Assembly (NCBI GenBank): GCA_965198115.1
Contig: OZ240241.1
Location: forward strand, 5,280,001-5,344,000
Reading direction: 5' to 3'
Length of the DNA stretch: 64,000 nucleotides
Origin: Candidatus Latescibacterota bacterium
Lineage (GTDB): Bacteria; Latescibacterota; UBA2968
A program made the position numbers and the translations under genes. Position 1 is the first letter of the stretch, and each line of letters starts with the position of its first letter. Below are positions 41,272 to 51,339 of the stretch, in pieces. The notes under the pieces were generated by a model. It did not search any database. It was not told where the DNA came from and saw only the letters and a list, made by a program, of their open reading frames with translations.

Positions 41272-42066
41272 ATGGACCTAGAACTGGAAGGAAAAGCCGC
41301 CATCGTCACGGGGGCCAATCGAGGCATCGGCCTGGCGATCGCCAAGGGACTGGCGAGCGAGAGCTGCAACGTCGCAATGTGCTCACGCGACGAGAAGAGC
41401 ATCACAGCGGCCGCCAAGGAAGTCGAGGAGCAGACCAGCGCCAAAGCCTTTGGAATCCCTGCCGACGTGTTGAATGCAGACGACGCTTCACGGTTGGTGC
41501 AGGAGGCCGCGGAAAAACTCGGGGCCATCGACATCCTGATCAACAACGTCGGATCCAACGTCGGTGATCGCGAGCTCTTGAAATCGTCCGACGACGATTG
41601 GGTTCAGACATTCCACTACAACGTCTTCCAGGGCGTCCGGCTGACGCGTTTGGTTGTTCCTCATATGCGGAAGCGCGGAGGCGGAAGTATCGTCTTCCTG
41701 TCATCAATCTCCGGATGGATCCCCCAGCTTGCTGGATCGAGCCAATACGGCGCATCGAAGGCAGCCCAGATCTTCATGGCAGAGCCCCTCGCCATCGAGC
41801 TCATCCACGACCACATCCGGGTGAACGTTGTGTCCCCAGGCTCAATCGTCTTCGACGGCGGCGGCTGGGACCTGCGTCGCATCAATGAACCAGAAGCGTA
41901 TGCCGCCTACGAAAGAGACGGCTTCCCCGAAGGCCGGCTCGGAATACCCGAAGAAGTCGCCGACGTGGCCGTCTTTTTAGCGTCGGAGCGCTCCCGCTGG
42001 GTAAACGGCGAAAACATCAGGGCAGACGGCCTCGAGCAGCCGGTTCCGTATGCCAGGCCTTGGTAA
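41272..42066 (+). CDS. SDR family oxidoreductase
   Basis: TGANRGIG, NNVG, YGASK, RVNVVSPG. Confidence 0.92.
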   Translation: MDLELEGKAAIVTGANRGIGLAIAKGLASESCNVAMCSRDEKSITAAAKEVEEQTSAKAFGIPADVLNADDASRLVQEAAEKLGAIDILINNVGSNVGDRELLKSSDDDWVQTFHYNVFQGVRLTRLVVPHMRKRGGGSIVFLSSISGWIPQLAGSSQYGASKAAQIFMAEPLAIELIHDHIRVNVVSPGSIVFDGGGWDLRRINEPEAYAAYERDGFPEGRLGIPEEVADVAVFLASERSRWVNGENIRADGLEQPVPYARPW

Positions 42067-42075
42067 GACCACAGA

Positions 42076-42102
42076 GCGTCCCCGTGCTCCGCACGGGGAC
42101 GC
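42076..42102. repeat. Solo family A hairpin
   Basis: gcgtccccgtgctccgcacggggacgc. Confidence 0.8.
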
Positions 42103-42111
42103 ATTGGAGAA

Positions 42112-43680
42112 TTGCTTTTGACTTCCCCAGTGAAATACCCACCCAAACTCCCCCAGCGCACCTACGCCACGACGCTCGAAGAACAGCGTGTGCAACTCGA
42201 ATCCGACGAAATGCTCGAGCGTTTCGCAGCCGCACGCGAGGCCGTCTCCGCCGATCCCCATCGCCCGGCCTACCACTACGTCAATCCCCAGGGCAAGCTG
42301 AACGATCCCAACGGGTTCTGTATCTGGCAGGGGCGATATCATCTCTTCTACCAGGCCTACCCGCCTGAAGACTTCCGTCAGCACTGGGGTCACGCCGTCA
42401 GCGACGACCTCGTCTACTGGGAAGACCTGCCGCTCGCCATCTATCCCGGTATCGAAGAGAAATGCTTCAGTGGAAGCGCGCTCGTGGAAGAGGACCGCGT
42501 CATCGCGTTCTACGCGGGTACGGAAGCGGGTACCATGGTGGCCGTCTCATCCGATCCCCTCCTCCTCAACTGGGAAAAGCTGCCTGCGTGCCCGGTCATT
42601 CCCTGGCAGGAGGGTGCCCGGCACGGGTCACCAGAGCGCCCTGGCGATCCCTGCCTGTGGCGCGAAGCGGACGGATATTACGCGCTGACCGGGGGCTACA
42701 CGGACGGCGAGATCTTCGAAGACGGGGAACTGGTCGAGTATCTCTTTCACTCGGAGAATCTCGAAAATTGGACCTATCAAGGCCTCTTTATCGAAGACGA
42801 CCGGTTTTCGGCGCCGGGTGAGGACGGTGCCGTTCCTTACTTCTGGCCGATTGGGGACACACACATCCTGTTGTTCGCCAGTCACCAGCGCGGGTCCCAA
42901 TACTTCCTGGGCGACTATGACCAGAAACACCACCGTTTCAGACCCTTCGCCCACGGCCGCTTCAACTTCAACCAGCTCCGGCGTGGCGGTGTTCACGCAC
43001 CAACGGCGACACCCGACGGAGGGGGCGGCGTCCTCGTCATTCACAACATCAACTGGGGAAAACCGGCCGAGTTCGGTGAGTGGGATCACATCATGTCCCT
43101 GCCTCGTCGGCTCACCCTCGCCGACGACCGGACGCTCCGGATCGAGCCGGTCGACGCCCTGACGAAGCTGAGAGGCGACCACCGGCAGCTTGGCGAAACG
43201 CGGCTTCCCGCGAACGAAACCCTCGTCCTGGATGGTATCGGTGGTCGGGAGATTGAGATCATCGCCCGAATCGACCCTCAGGACGCCCGCGAGGTCAGCA
43301 TCGAAGTCTGTCGATCCCCCAACGCGGAGGAAACCACGGTCATTCGCTTCCTTGACCAGGGCCATTTCCAGCACGGCACCTTCGAGGGCCCCAACTACGA
43401 TCACGCCCTTGTCCTCGATGCCGGACGGGCCTCTACGCTGCCGGAGGTACTCGGGCGCCCGCCGGAGATCGCCCCCTTCAAGCTGCCCGAGGATGAGGAC
43501 CTCGAACTGCGTATCTTCATCGACCGTAGCGTCGTCGAGGTCTTCGCGAACGGCACCCAGGCACTTGGACTTCGCATCTATCCCGAACGCGAAGACAGCA
43601 CCGGCGTCGCCATCCGCGCCCAGGGCTGCGATGCCCTGCTCAAATCCCTCGACGTCTGGGAGATGAAAAGCATCTGGTAA
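42112..43680 (+). CDS. Glycoside hydrolase family 32-like protein with non-canonical motifs
   Basis: HRPAYH, NDPNG, YHLFYQ, WGHAVS.DL, FSGS, MSLPR, IDRSVVEVF. Confidence 0.88.
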   Translation: MLLTSPVKYPPKLPQRTYATTLEEQRVQLESDEMLERFAAAREAVSADPHRPAYHYVNPQGKLNDPNGFCIWQGRYHLFYQAYPPEDFRQHWGHAVSDDLVYWEDLPLAIYPGIEEKCFSGSALVEEDRVIAFYAGTEAGTMVAVSSDPLLLNWEKLPACPVIPWQEGARHGSPERPGDPCLWREADGYYALTGGYTDGEIFEDGELVEYLFHSENLENWTYQGLFIEDDRFSAPGEDGAVPYFWPIGDTHILLFASHQRGSQYFLGDYDQKHHRFRPFAHGRFNFNQLRRGGVHAPTATPDGGGGVLVIHNINWGKPAEFGEWDHIMSLPRRLTLADDRTLRIEPVDALTKLRGDHRQLGETRLPANETLVLDGIGGREIEIIARIDPQDAREVSIEVCRSPNAEETTVIRFLDQGHFQHGTFEGPNYDHALVLDAGRASTLPEVLGRPPEIAPFKLPEDEDLELRIFIDRSVVEVFANGTQALGLRIYPEREDSTGVAIRAQGCDALLKSLDVWEMKSIW

Positions 43681-43681
43681 G

Positions 43682-43813
43682 GCACCCCCGGGCGGAGCCC
43701 AGGGGCGAGTATTGAGAAATACATCAATGGCCCCGGTCATAATGCAGGGCCGAGAACCGGGGCCTAGTCTACCGGTCCCACTCGCTCGTCCCTGTGCTCT
43801 CGCACGGGGACGC
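43682..43813 (+). repeat. Family A copy 4
   Basis: Same architecture; left end matches copy 1 (gggcggagcccaggggcgag). Confidence 0.85.
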
Positions 43814-43919
43814 TGTAGACGCTGACTTTTGACCACTGCCCGCCGAGTGCATCGTACGAAGGCGGGACTGACGATTCATCGCGACGGCATGTAGCGCGAG
43901 CAATTAGGGGAACCCATCT

Positions 43920-44873
43920 ATGTCCAACCTCAAAGTCGCCATCATCGGCGCAGGCGGTCACGCCCAGAGCCACTTCCAGATGATCAAGGACGAGTCGGAA
44001 ATGGACCTCGTCGCCGTCGCTGACATCGACGAGAGTCGGCTGGCCCACACGAGCGACGAGCACGGCGTTACCGCGCTATTCACCGACTATCGCGAGATGC
44101 TCGAGAAAGTCGACCTGGACGTCGCCTACGTCGAAACATTCCCCGGTCCGTTGACGGACATCGTCATCGATTGCCTCGAAGCCGGTCTTCACACCTCGGT
44201 CGAAAAGCCTCCAGGCGTCACGTCGGATGACACCAGACGCATGGTCAAAACCGAAAAAAAATCATCGGCGAAGGCGATCGTCTCCCTCAACCGACGCTAT
44301 TTCCCAACCGTACTCGCAATCCGTAGGATGCTCGATGAACGCGGTGGTCCGGTCCACGTCGCAGCGACCTACAACAAGCCCCAGACGAACGAACGAATCC
44401 GTGAAGTCGGTCACTACATTTCTCTCGATGCGATCCACCACGTCGATCTCCTCAGGTGGCTGGCCGGTGACGTAACCGAAGTCCACGCGGAAGCCTGGTC
44501 TGCGCCGACTCATCCTTCGGAGATGCGGCACAATGCCGTCCTGAAGTTCGCGAGCGGATGCGGCGGAGTCATGATGAGCCACTACGCCGTCGGCTATCGG
44601 ATCCAGCGCTTCGAAGCGCACGCCGATGACTTCAGCGCTTATGTGGACATGACGCGCGGTCAGGTTGCCGAGATGTACGTCGAGGGCGAGCCGTTCCTTC
44701 AGGAAAACCTGGACCTCGACGCTGTAGGCGGACCAGACTTCAACGAGACGCGCCACTTCGTCGAGTGCATCCGGAACGACACGCAGCCGTGGAGTACCCT
44801 CGAAGACGCCGTCAAGACGATGCAGCTCTGCGAGGCCATCGAGGCCGGCCATAAGGGGCCGCTCTCCTCGTAG
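43920..44873 (+). CDS. Gfo/Idh/MocA family oxidoreductase
   Basis: IIGAG, EKPP, NRRY, IHHVD. Confidence 0.92.
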   Translation: MSNLKVAIIGAGGHAQSHFQMIKDESEMDLVAVADIDESRLAHTSDEHGVTALFTDYREMLEKVDLDVAYVETFPGPLTDIVIDCLEAGLHTSVEKPPGVTSDDTRRMVKTEKKSSAKAIVSLNRRYFPTVLAIRRMLDERGGPVHVAATYNKPQTNERIREVGHYISLDAIHHVDLLRWLAGDVTEVHAEAWSAPTHPSEMRHNAVLKFASGCGGVMMSHYAVGYRIQRFEAHADDFSAYVDMTRGQVAEMYVEGEPFLQENLDLDAVGGPDFNETRHFVECIRNDTQPWSTLEDAVKTMQLCEAIEAGHKGPLSS

Positions 44874-44881
44874 CACACAAA

Positions 44882-46060
44882 GTGGGCGTAGGACGCACCT
44901 TCGAAGGCGAACAACGCCGGTTCGTCGATTCAGCAAGCGGCCGCGAAGTCCTCCAACTCACGGACTACCTCGGCCATTCCTACCAGTTCTACTTCACAGA
45001 CCCGTGCTGGCTGAACGAGGGTCGCTCGCTCATCTTCCGCTCACAACGGGAGAACACGGACAACTACTACCGTTGTGACGTCGACAGCGGCCTGATCACG
45101 CAACTGACTGACTGTGCATCGCCTGGTGGGACACGTGGTTGTTTCTCACCGGTCCGAGAGTGCCTTTACTTCTGGCTTGGGGCGACGCTTCACGAGCTCA
45201 ATCTGACAACATTCGAAGATCGGCCGGTCTGCGAGTCGCCCGATTCCCTGAAGCCTGGACGTCCGGCCGCATCGGCCGACGGCAATCACCTGTTCGCGCT
45301 CTTCACCGAGCGCAGGAACGGGAACGGTCGCCGGCGATCTGCCAGAGATGGGGGCTCACGCGATCTATTCGAGAATCCTCCGCGAACTCAGATCATTCGC
45401 GTGGACGTAACGACTGGCGATCTCGAGGTGCTCTTCGAGGATCGGCGCTACATTTCACATCTCAACCCTTCACCCACCAGACCGGATCTCCTCACATTCT
45501 GTCACGAGGGACCGTGGGAGCGCGTCGATCAACGAATCTGGGGATTGAACGTAGACACGACGGACGTTTGGCCGATCTGACCTCAGAACGATGAGTATTC
45601 TATCGTCGCCGAACACTGGCTCGCCGACGGGGAGCGCATCGGATTCCGTAGCCACCGTCGCGGTACGATGGGTACACGATTCGGTCAGATCAGATACGAC
45701 AACGAGGATCATGTCGAGTCCGACTTGACGACCTACAGTCGGCATTTCCACACGCTGGACGGATCGCTCATCGTGGGGGATGGGTCACCGGTGTATCCAC
45801 TTCCGGCCATCGTCAATCGATGCAAGACTTGGCCTTACATCCTGCTCTATCCTTGGTCCGGTGAGGCATATGGTGATCCACGAATCCTCGCCGCACACGG
45901 CAGCACGTTCAACGTCAACGAAGCGCACTGTCATCCTCACATCACACCGGACGGACGGCACGTTATTTACACGTCCGACACATCCGGGTATGGTAACCTC
46001 TATCTTGTTGAAATCGGAAATCCGACGGAACTGCCCGAGCTGAAAATGGATCGCACGTAG
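44882..46060 (+). CDS. Oligogalacturonate lyase (PL22)-like propeller; in-frame TGA at 45578-45580
   Basis: QLT..H..YF, FCHEGPW..VDQRIW, HCHP. ORFs 44882..45580 and 45668..46060 share a frame. Confidence 0.8.
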
Positions 46061-46073
46061 AAAGGACGGAGCG

Positions 46074-47150
46074 ATGGAAACGTATAAAGCGGCATTGATC
46101 GGCTGTAGTCGAATGGGCGCCTTCATCGACAATGAAGTGCCCGAGGAAAGGGGCGCCTACTCACACGCGGCTGGCTACGAAGCCTGCGACCGCACGAGAA
46201 TGATCGCGTGTTCGGATCTGCGCGAAGACGTGATGGAACAGGTGGGCCTTCGATACGATGTACCGAAGGACAAGCAGTACACCGACTACAAGGAAATGAT
46301 CGCCGCCGAGAAACCCGACATCGTCAGCGTCGCGACCCAGCCCGAGCACCGCGCCGACATCGTCATCCACGCCGCAGAAAATGGCGCGAAGGCCATCTAT
46401 GCGGAAAAGGCATTCGCCGCCTCGATGGACGAAGCCGACGCGATGGTCGAAGCCGTTGAGCGCAATGGGGTGCATCTCAACTTGGGCACCAATCGTCGGT
46501 GGGATCCTGGATACGATACGATGAAAGACGTCATCGAAAACGACAGGATCGGCAAGCTCAGGACCTTGATTCTACACTCGACAAGCTCCCTTTTCAACGG
46601 AGCCAGTCACGGTTTCGACGTCCTGCTCCGCCTGAACAGCGACTGTCCAGTTTCCTGGGTGCAGGCCCACTTACCCAACGGCGACGAAGTCATCGACGGG
46701 GAACGCCTCAAAGAGGATCCCATAGGCCACGGAATCCTTCAGTTCGACAACGGCGTCACCGCCTATGCGCTGAACTCGGGACGGGGAATGGAGGTTGAAG
46801 CTGTCTGTGAAAGAGGGGTCGTAACAGCGATGGGCAACGGTGATGAATGGCAGATCCGAGAGCCCGGCGCACAAGACCACCGAGACCGCGACGTTCTCGT
46901 CCAGGGAGGATTCCCGGCTTACGAATACCGACCCTCGACCGTCTGCCTGATCGAGGATCTCGTTCACTCGATCGACACCGGCGAGCCCCCACGCTGCGGC
47001 GTCCGACTGGCGCGTTACAACCAGGAACTCATCTTCGCCTTCATCGAATCCCATCTCAGAGGCGGCGCAAGAGTCGAGCTACCGCTCGAAGGAAGCAAGC
47101 ATCGCCTCCTGCGGGACCGCGAACCGAGACAACCCAGATACCAGCGTTGA
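46074..47150 (+). CDS. Gfo/Idh/MocA family oxidoreductase
   Basis: LIGCSRMG, AEKA, NRRW, SHGFD. Confidence 0.9.
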   Translation: METYKAALIGCSRMGAFIDNEVPEERGAYSHAAGYEACDRTRMIACSDLREDVMEQVGLRYDVPKDKQYTDYKEMIAAEKPDIVSVATQPEHRADIVIHAAENGAKAIYAEKAFAASMDEADAMVEAVERNGVHLNLGTNRRWDPGYDTMKDVIENDRIGKLRTLILHSTSSLFNGASHGFDVLLRLNSDCPVSWVQAHLPNGDEVIDGERLKEDPIGHGILQFDNGVTAYALNSGRGMEVEAVCERGVVTAMGNGDEWQIREPGAQDHRDRDVLVQGGFPAYEYRPSTVCLIEDLVHSIDTGEPPRCGVRLARYNQELIFAFIESHLRGGARVELPLEGSKHRLLRDREPRQPRYQR

Positions 47151-47219
47151 ACGGGAGACGGGGGGAGCGGGAGATGGCGGGAAGACATTGTCCCCCGTAC
47201 CCCCCTCTCCCGCTCAGCT

Positions 47220-48374
47220 TTATCGCAGCCCCTCCGGAGCCAACTCCCCAATCGACCCCTCCAACTCCTCGTCCGGCGTATCCGTCCGCGTGCTCTGCGC
47301 GGTCTCTGGCAGCGGCGTGTCGAACTGATAGCTCGGATCATCCTGCTGCCGCCTCCACGTCTCGCGCATTTCTCTCCACGCACCCAGCGTTGTTCGCGGC
47401 TCGGGCATGTCGTGGGCGATTTCTTTCGCGAGTTTCCGAAGATTGTAACAGGGCACTCCAGCGTACATATGGTGCTCGATGTGCCAGTTCATTCGCCAGT
47501 AGAGAAACTCCGTCAGCGGATTGACTTTGATCGAGCGCGTGTTCTTGCGAAAATCGGGCGAATACTCCTGTAAGCCGCAGTGCTGCGTATAACCCACGGA
47601 GAAGACACCCCAGTTTGCGATGAACGGGAAAAACGTAACGAGCAGGGGCACGACCCAGAACCCCGTATAGATGGAAATAGCCAGAACAGAACCGTGGAAG
47701 ACAAGCAACAGACGTGACCACCACATCGATTTCCTGGCTTGGACCGGTTGATCCTCGTGCAAAGCCTGCAACCACTCCCGGCTCGGGATCTTCGTTGACC
47801 CGACCACACCGACCGCTGACTTCAGGGTCACCCATATCGTCGACAGCAGCCCGCCCTTTCCGAAGGGTCGCCCCGGTGGCAAGAAGACGTTCACCGTGAG
47901 CAGTTGCAGAACCGCCTTGAATGGCAACGCTGCTGGGAGTGGCATGAGGTTTTCCCGATCCCCCTCGGCATACTGTGTGTAGCGATGGTGATACGTGTGG
48001 CTGCTTGCGTAGTCGAATGGATCCCACCAGGTGAGGAGGCTGGTTAGATACTGGAAGAATTTGTTCAGCCATTTAGTTCTGAAAACAGTTCCGTGCCCCA
48101 ACTCGTGAGGAGCCACACCTTGCAGAAAGCTCCCGACTGTCCCGTGCACCCACAGAGCACAGGCGAACCCGACCCAAAGCTCTTGCACCCAGGTGACGTA
48201 GACCAGCGCCCCGGTCCCTGCGAAGATCGCCAGATGACCGGCCGTCTGGAAGAACCCTTGGAGATTGCTCCGTCGTGACAGCTCGCGGAGCCGCCCGTGA
48301 TCGATCGGACAACGATACCATTCGACCCGCAGGTTCTCCCGAACTTCAGAAAGCGGCGGAAACTCCTTACTCAT
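47220..48374 (-). CDS. Fatty acid desaturase-family membrane di-iron enzyme
   Basis: His boxes HELGH, HTYHH, HIEHH; hydrophobic segments. Confidence 0.9.
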   Translation of the reverse strand: MSKEFPPLSEVRENLRVEWYRCPIDHGRLRELSRRSNLQGFFQTAGHLAIFAGTGALVYVTWVQELWVGFACALWVHGTVGSFLQGVAPHELGHGTVFRTKWLNKFFQYLTSLLTWWDPFDYASSHTYHHRYTQYAEGDRENLMPLPAALPFKAVLQLLTVNVFLPPGRPFGKGGLLSTIWVTLKSAVGVVGSTKIPSREWLQALHEDQPVQARKSMWWSRLLLVFHGSVLAISIYTGFWVVPLLVTFFPFIANWGVFSVGYTQHCGLQEYSPDFRKNTRSIKVNPLTEFLYWRMNWHIEHHMYAGVPCYNLRKLAKEIAHDMPEPRTTLGAWREMRETWRRQQDDPSYQFDTPLPETAQSTRTDTPDEELEGSIGELAPEGLR

Positions 48375-48456
48375 GACTTATCCCCTCTTTTTACCGAATA
48401 CAAAGCTGACCAACCTCCGACTGCCTGCCCGGAGCCCTGGCGACCACCCGACTTGA

Positions 48457-48542
48457 GGAGCCTGCCCGAGCGGATGCCAGGGGTCCACCATCTACCGTTC
48501 ACTTGTTCGCAGTCACTTCGCTTGCGGCTCAGTGCAGGCTCG
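48457..48542. repeat. Two degenerate mini-element copies in opposite orientation
   Basis: ggagcctgcccgagcggatgccagggg (+) and gagcctgcactgagccgcaagcgaagtg (-). Confidence 0.6.
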
Positions 48543-48693
48543 ACTGCTCCCACCGACAATGAGGGCGAAGCCGTCTCTTCCGCCCACTGCCGACGGCCGA
48601 CTCGTTTTTCCGTCGACCGTCCACCCTCCCTGCTCCCGCGCAGCCTCCCGATTCCCTCAGTGTTCTCAATGCCCTCAGTGGCTGCTTCTGCGG

Positions 48694-49886
48694 TTACTTC
48701 CAGCTGTCCACGAAATCTTCGACCGAGTACTCCGGCATCTCCTCGAAATAATAGGGCATCGGCGTGGCCTGAAACCCCCGGAGTGAATTGCTCTTCCTCG
48801 GCCTGCAGGATCGTGTCCAGCGGTTCGAATCGGCTCTAGAGCGCGCTCATCTCCTCGTCCTTGAATCGCGGCGCGATATCCACGTCCTGGCTCCAGTCAC
48901 CGCCATAACGTTCTTTTAGCGGATGCGAGACGAACCGCATTTTGTAGACCAGTTTGGACAGAAGAATGATGGTGACCAACCGACCCTCCACTCCGGGATG
49001 CAGGGCAGCCAATCCGTCAAGAAACGCCGATTCGTCCCGGTCGAGCAAAGCACGATAGACTGCCGTGATCAGGTCCAGTTCCTTCGCGTAGGCTCGAGCC
49101 TGATCCTCGACGATCTTCTGATAGGCCTCCGACAGGAATCGCGCGTAATTCGTATCGCGATAGTAGAAAGCCACATAGGGAAAAATCGGTCCCCCGTAGG
49201 CTCGATAGCCCACGTGAACCGTCCGCCGTAATTTCGTGCTGTAGTTGCTGCCCCAATGGAGGATCGTATTCGTGTAGACGACGCCATCGCCTGCCTTCAG
49301 CTCGACGGAAACGCTGTTCGGCAGCGGCATGAGCGGGTCTTCCTGGAGCTGCGCGTTTTCTTCGTCCGTGTTGGCGCGCCGGTGACTGCCTGGAACGACC
49401 CAGAGCACATCATCTTCATACAAAGGGATGTTCCATTGCAAGTAGCCTGGCCGATTCTCGAGCAGGTCCATCTGCAACCCCCGGAGTGGCGCCTGATCGA
49501 TCGGATGAATGTCGCGATGCCAACGGGCTGGACCGAAGTCCTTTTCAGGCGGGCTACACATCAGAAATATCCCGCTGTTCGCCGCGACCTCGACGTTCAT
49601 CAGCTGCTTGCACACGCCGAGTGTGTTTTCGTGCAGACAGAACTCGGTCGTATCGGCCGTATCTGTGTCGATCAGATTCTGAAAATGAACGAGTCGGGGC
49701 TGGGCTGATGGCCTGCCACACACCGCCCGGCGGATCTTCGGGTCCCCGTTCCTTGGCCCAGATCTCGCGCTGTCGATCGACCAGCACCTCGTAGCTTTTT
49801 CGAAGCTGATCCAGCATGTGAGGTGGCACGACGTTTCTCAGAATCAGAAACCCATCCTTCAGAAAGCGCTGAAAATCGACATGCAC
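48694..49886 (-). pseudogene. PhyH-like dioxygenase with two frameshifts and an in-frame TAG (pseudogene or consensus errors)
   Basis: DGFLILRNVV, WHRD, VVPGSH, LKAGDG, LHWG. Reading continues past TAG 48836-48838 as SRFEPLD..TPG/FQATPM..DFVDSWK*. Confidence 0.75.
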
Positions 49887-49899
49887 GATGTTCTCCCCA

Positions 49900-51233
49900 T
49901 CAAATGCTTCGACAACGCCAGAGATGGGCGGTACCGTTTCCCTTACATCCCACCATCAGGGCGTCTTCGAAAATTGTCATCGAGTAACCGTAGGCATCCG
50001 TGGCTTGTGCATCGGCGTCGGGGTGCGATGCAACAGGATACCCGAGGCAGAGCCATTTCCCATCCGTCACGGACAGCACCCAGTAGCCGACCCGGCCGAC
50101 GGGATCGGCGCAGCCCCCCGCGACGACCAGGTGTCCGTTCCAGATCGCCGACGTATTGAAGCTGCTCTGATCCGAAAGAATAGTCTCATCGGGACACGAA
50201 ACTGGCAGAGCGAGGTCGTGCCATTGCTCGCTTTCGGGATCCCATGCCCAGACGTTTCCGAATCGGTCGGGATCGTTCAGAGCATCCTGACAGTTGTATC
50301 CGATGATCAGCTTGCCTGGTATGCAATCAGACTGGTTACGATGTTGCTGTGATCGAGTTTCCAGCTGTCCCCCACGCCTTCCCCGCCGATCTGTGCCCAT
50401 TGGCCGGATCGGTACCGCCAGGCCTCTCCAATCCAGCGAAGACTTTTCACGCCGTGTCGGACGATGGCGGCATAGAGCTCGTCCCCCAAGGAGCAAAGCG
50501 CGTAGACCCACGTCACGCAGTGATCCTCGTCCCAACTTCCCAGTCTCCCCCGGCCGGCGACACAGGACCAATGACCATCCTCCAGTCGATAGATCTCACC
50601 GTTGCCCAGGCTCGGATCGTAACCGCCCTCCGTCGTCCATTTCTTCTCCGGAGCACGCTCGGGAAGTCCATAGTTGGTAAAATGGCTCTGCATCCCGACC
50701 ATCAGCCCGCCCTCGTGCCAGGCCAGCGCGTAGACGTGGTCCTGGTCGGAGGAAACCCAGTCACCTTCACCACCTAGACCGCCGACCTGTTGCCAGGTGT
50801 CCCCATCAAAACGCCAGAGCTGCCCCCCTGCGCCCCCAACTTTGACGCCAGCGTAGAGGTAGCGATCTTCTTCATCTGCCAGGAGGCAATTCACCCACTT
50901 CAAGCCCGGCCTGAGCCCCACCCCACCCGGCATCGAAGGATTCCAGTCCTCCCAGGATTGGCGAATCTCGCCGCCCCCCACCTGCTCCCAGCAGCCACTG
51001 GAGAACCGCCATACCTCTGCCTGGGCGGCGCCGATACCGGTATAGAGGTCGCCACGGAATCGAGCGAGAGAACGCGTTCTTTCCTGTTCGCGCGAAGGCG
51101 TCCAACTGCCGGAGCGGCCCTGACCCCCGATCAGTTCCCATCGGACGGTCGGGTGTGTGGGAATGGGAGCCTCGGGCGCCTTGAACAGCTGCCTGAAATC
51201 AAGCGATATCGAATTGGATTTCTCAGGACCCAT
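49900..51233 (-). CDS. Hypothetical repeat/propeller-like protein; frameshift near 50313
   Basis: Repeated WR....W.Q.GG....SW units. ORFs join as SLIAYQ/GKLIIG. Confidence 0.6.
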
Positions 51234-51339
51234 AAACTTCGACTCTGGTGAGACTCGCCTCTTAGGACCGCTGGTCAAATGGGGCCGTGGCTGATAGATT
51301 GCCGTGTGACGCCTCCTGCATCCCGGCACTGAAGGACGG

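Noticed and set aside
31111-43813. Family A or heptamer arrays as a CRISPR array
   Set aside because: Copies are kilobases apart or have no unique 30-40 nt spacers, and there are no cas genes.
45578-45580. Selenocysteine codon
   Set aside because: Context suggests Arg rather than Cys, and it is not a redox motif.
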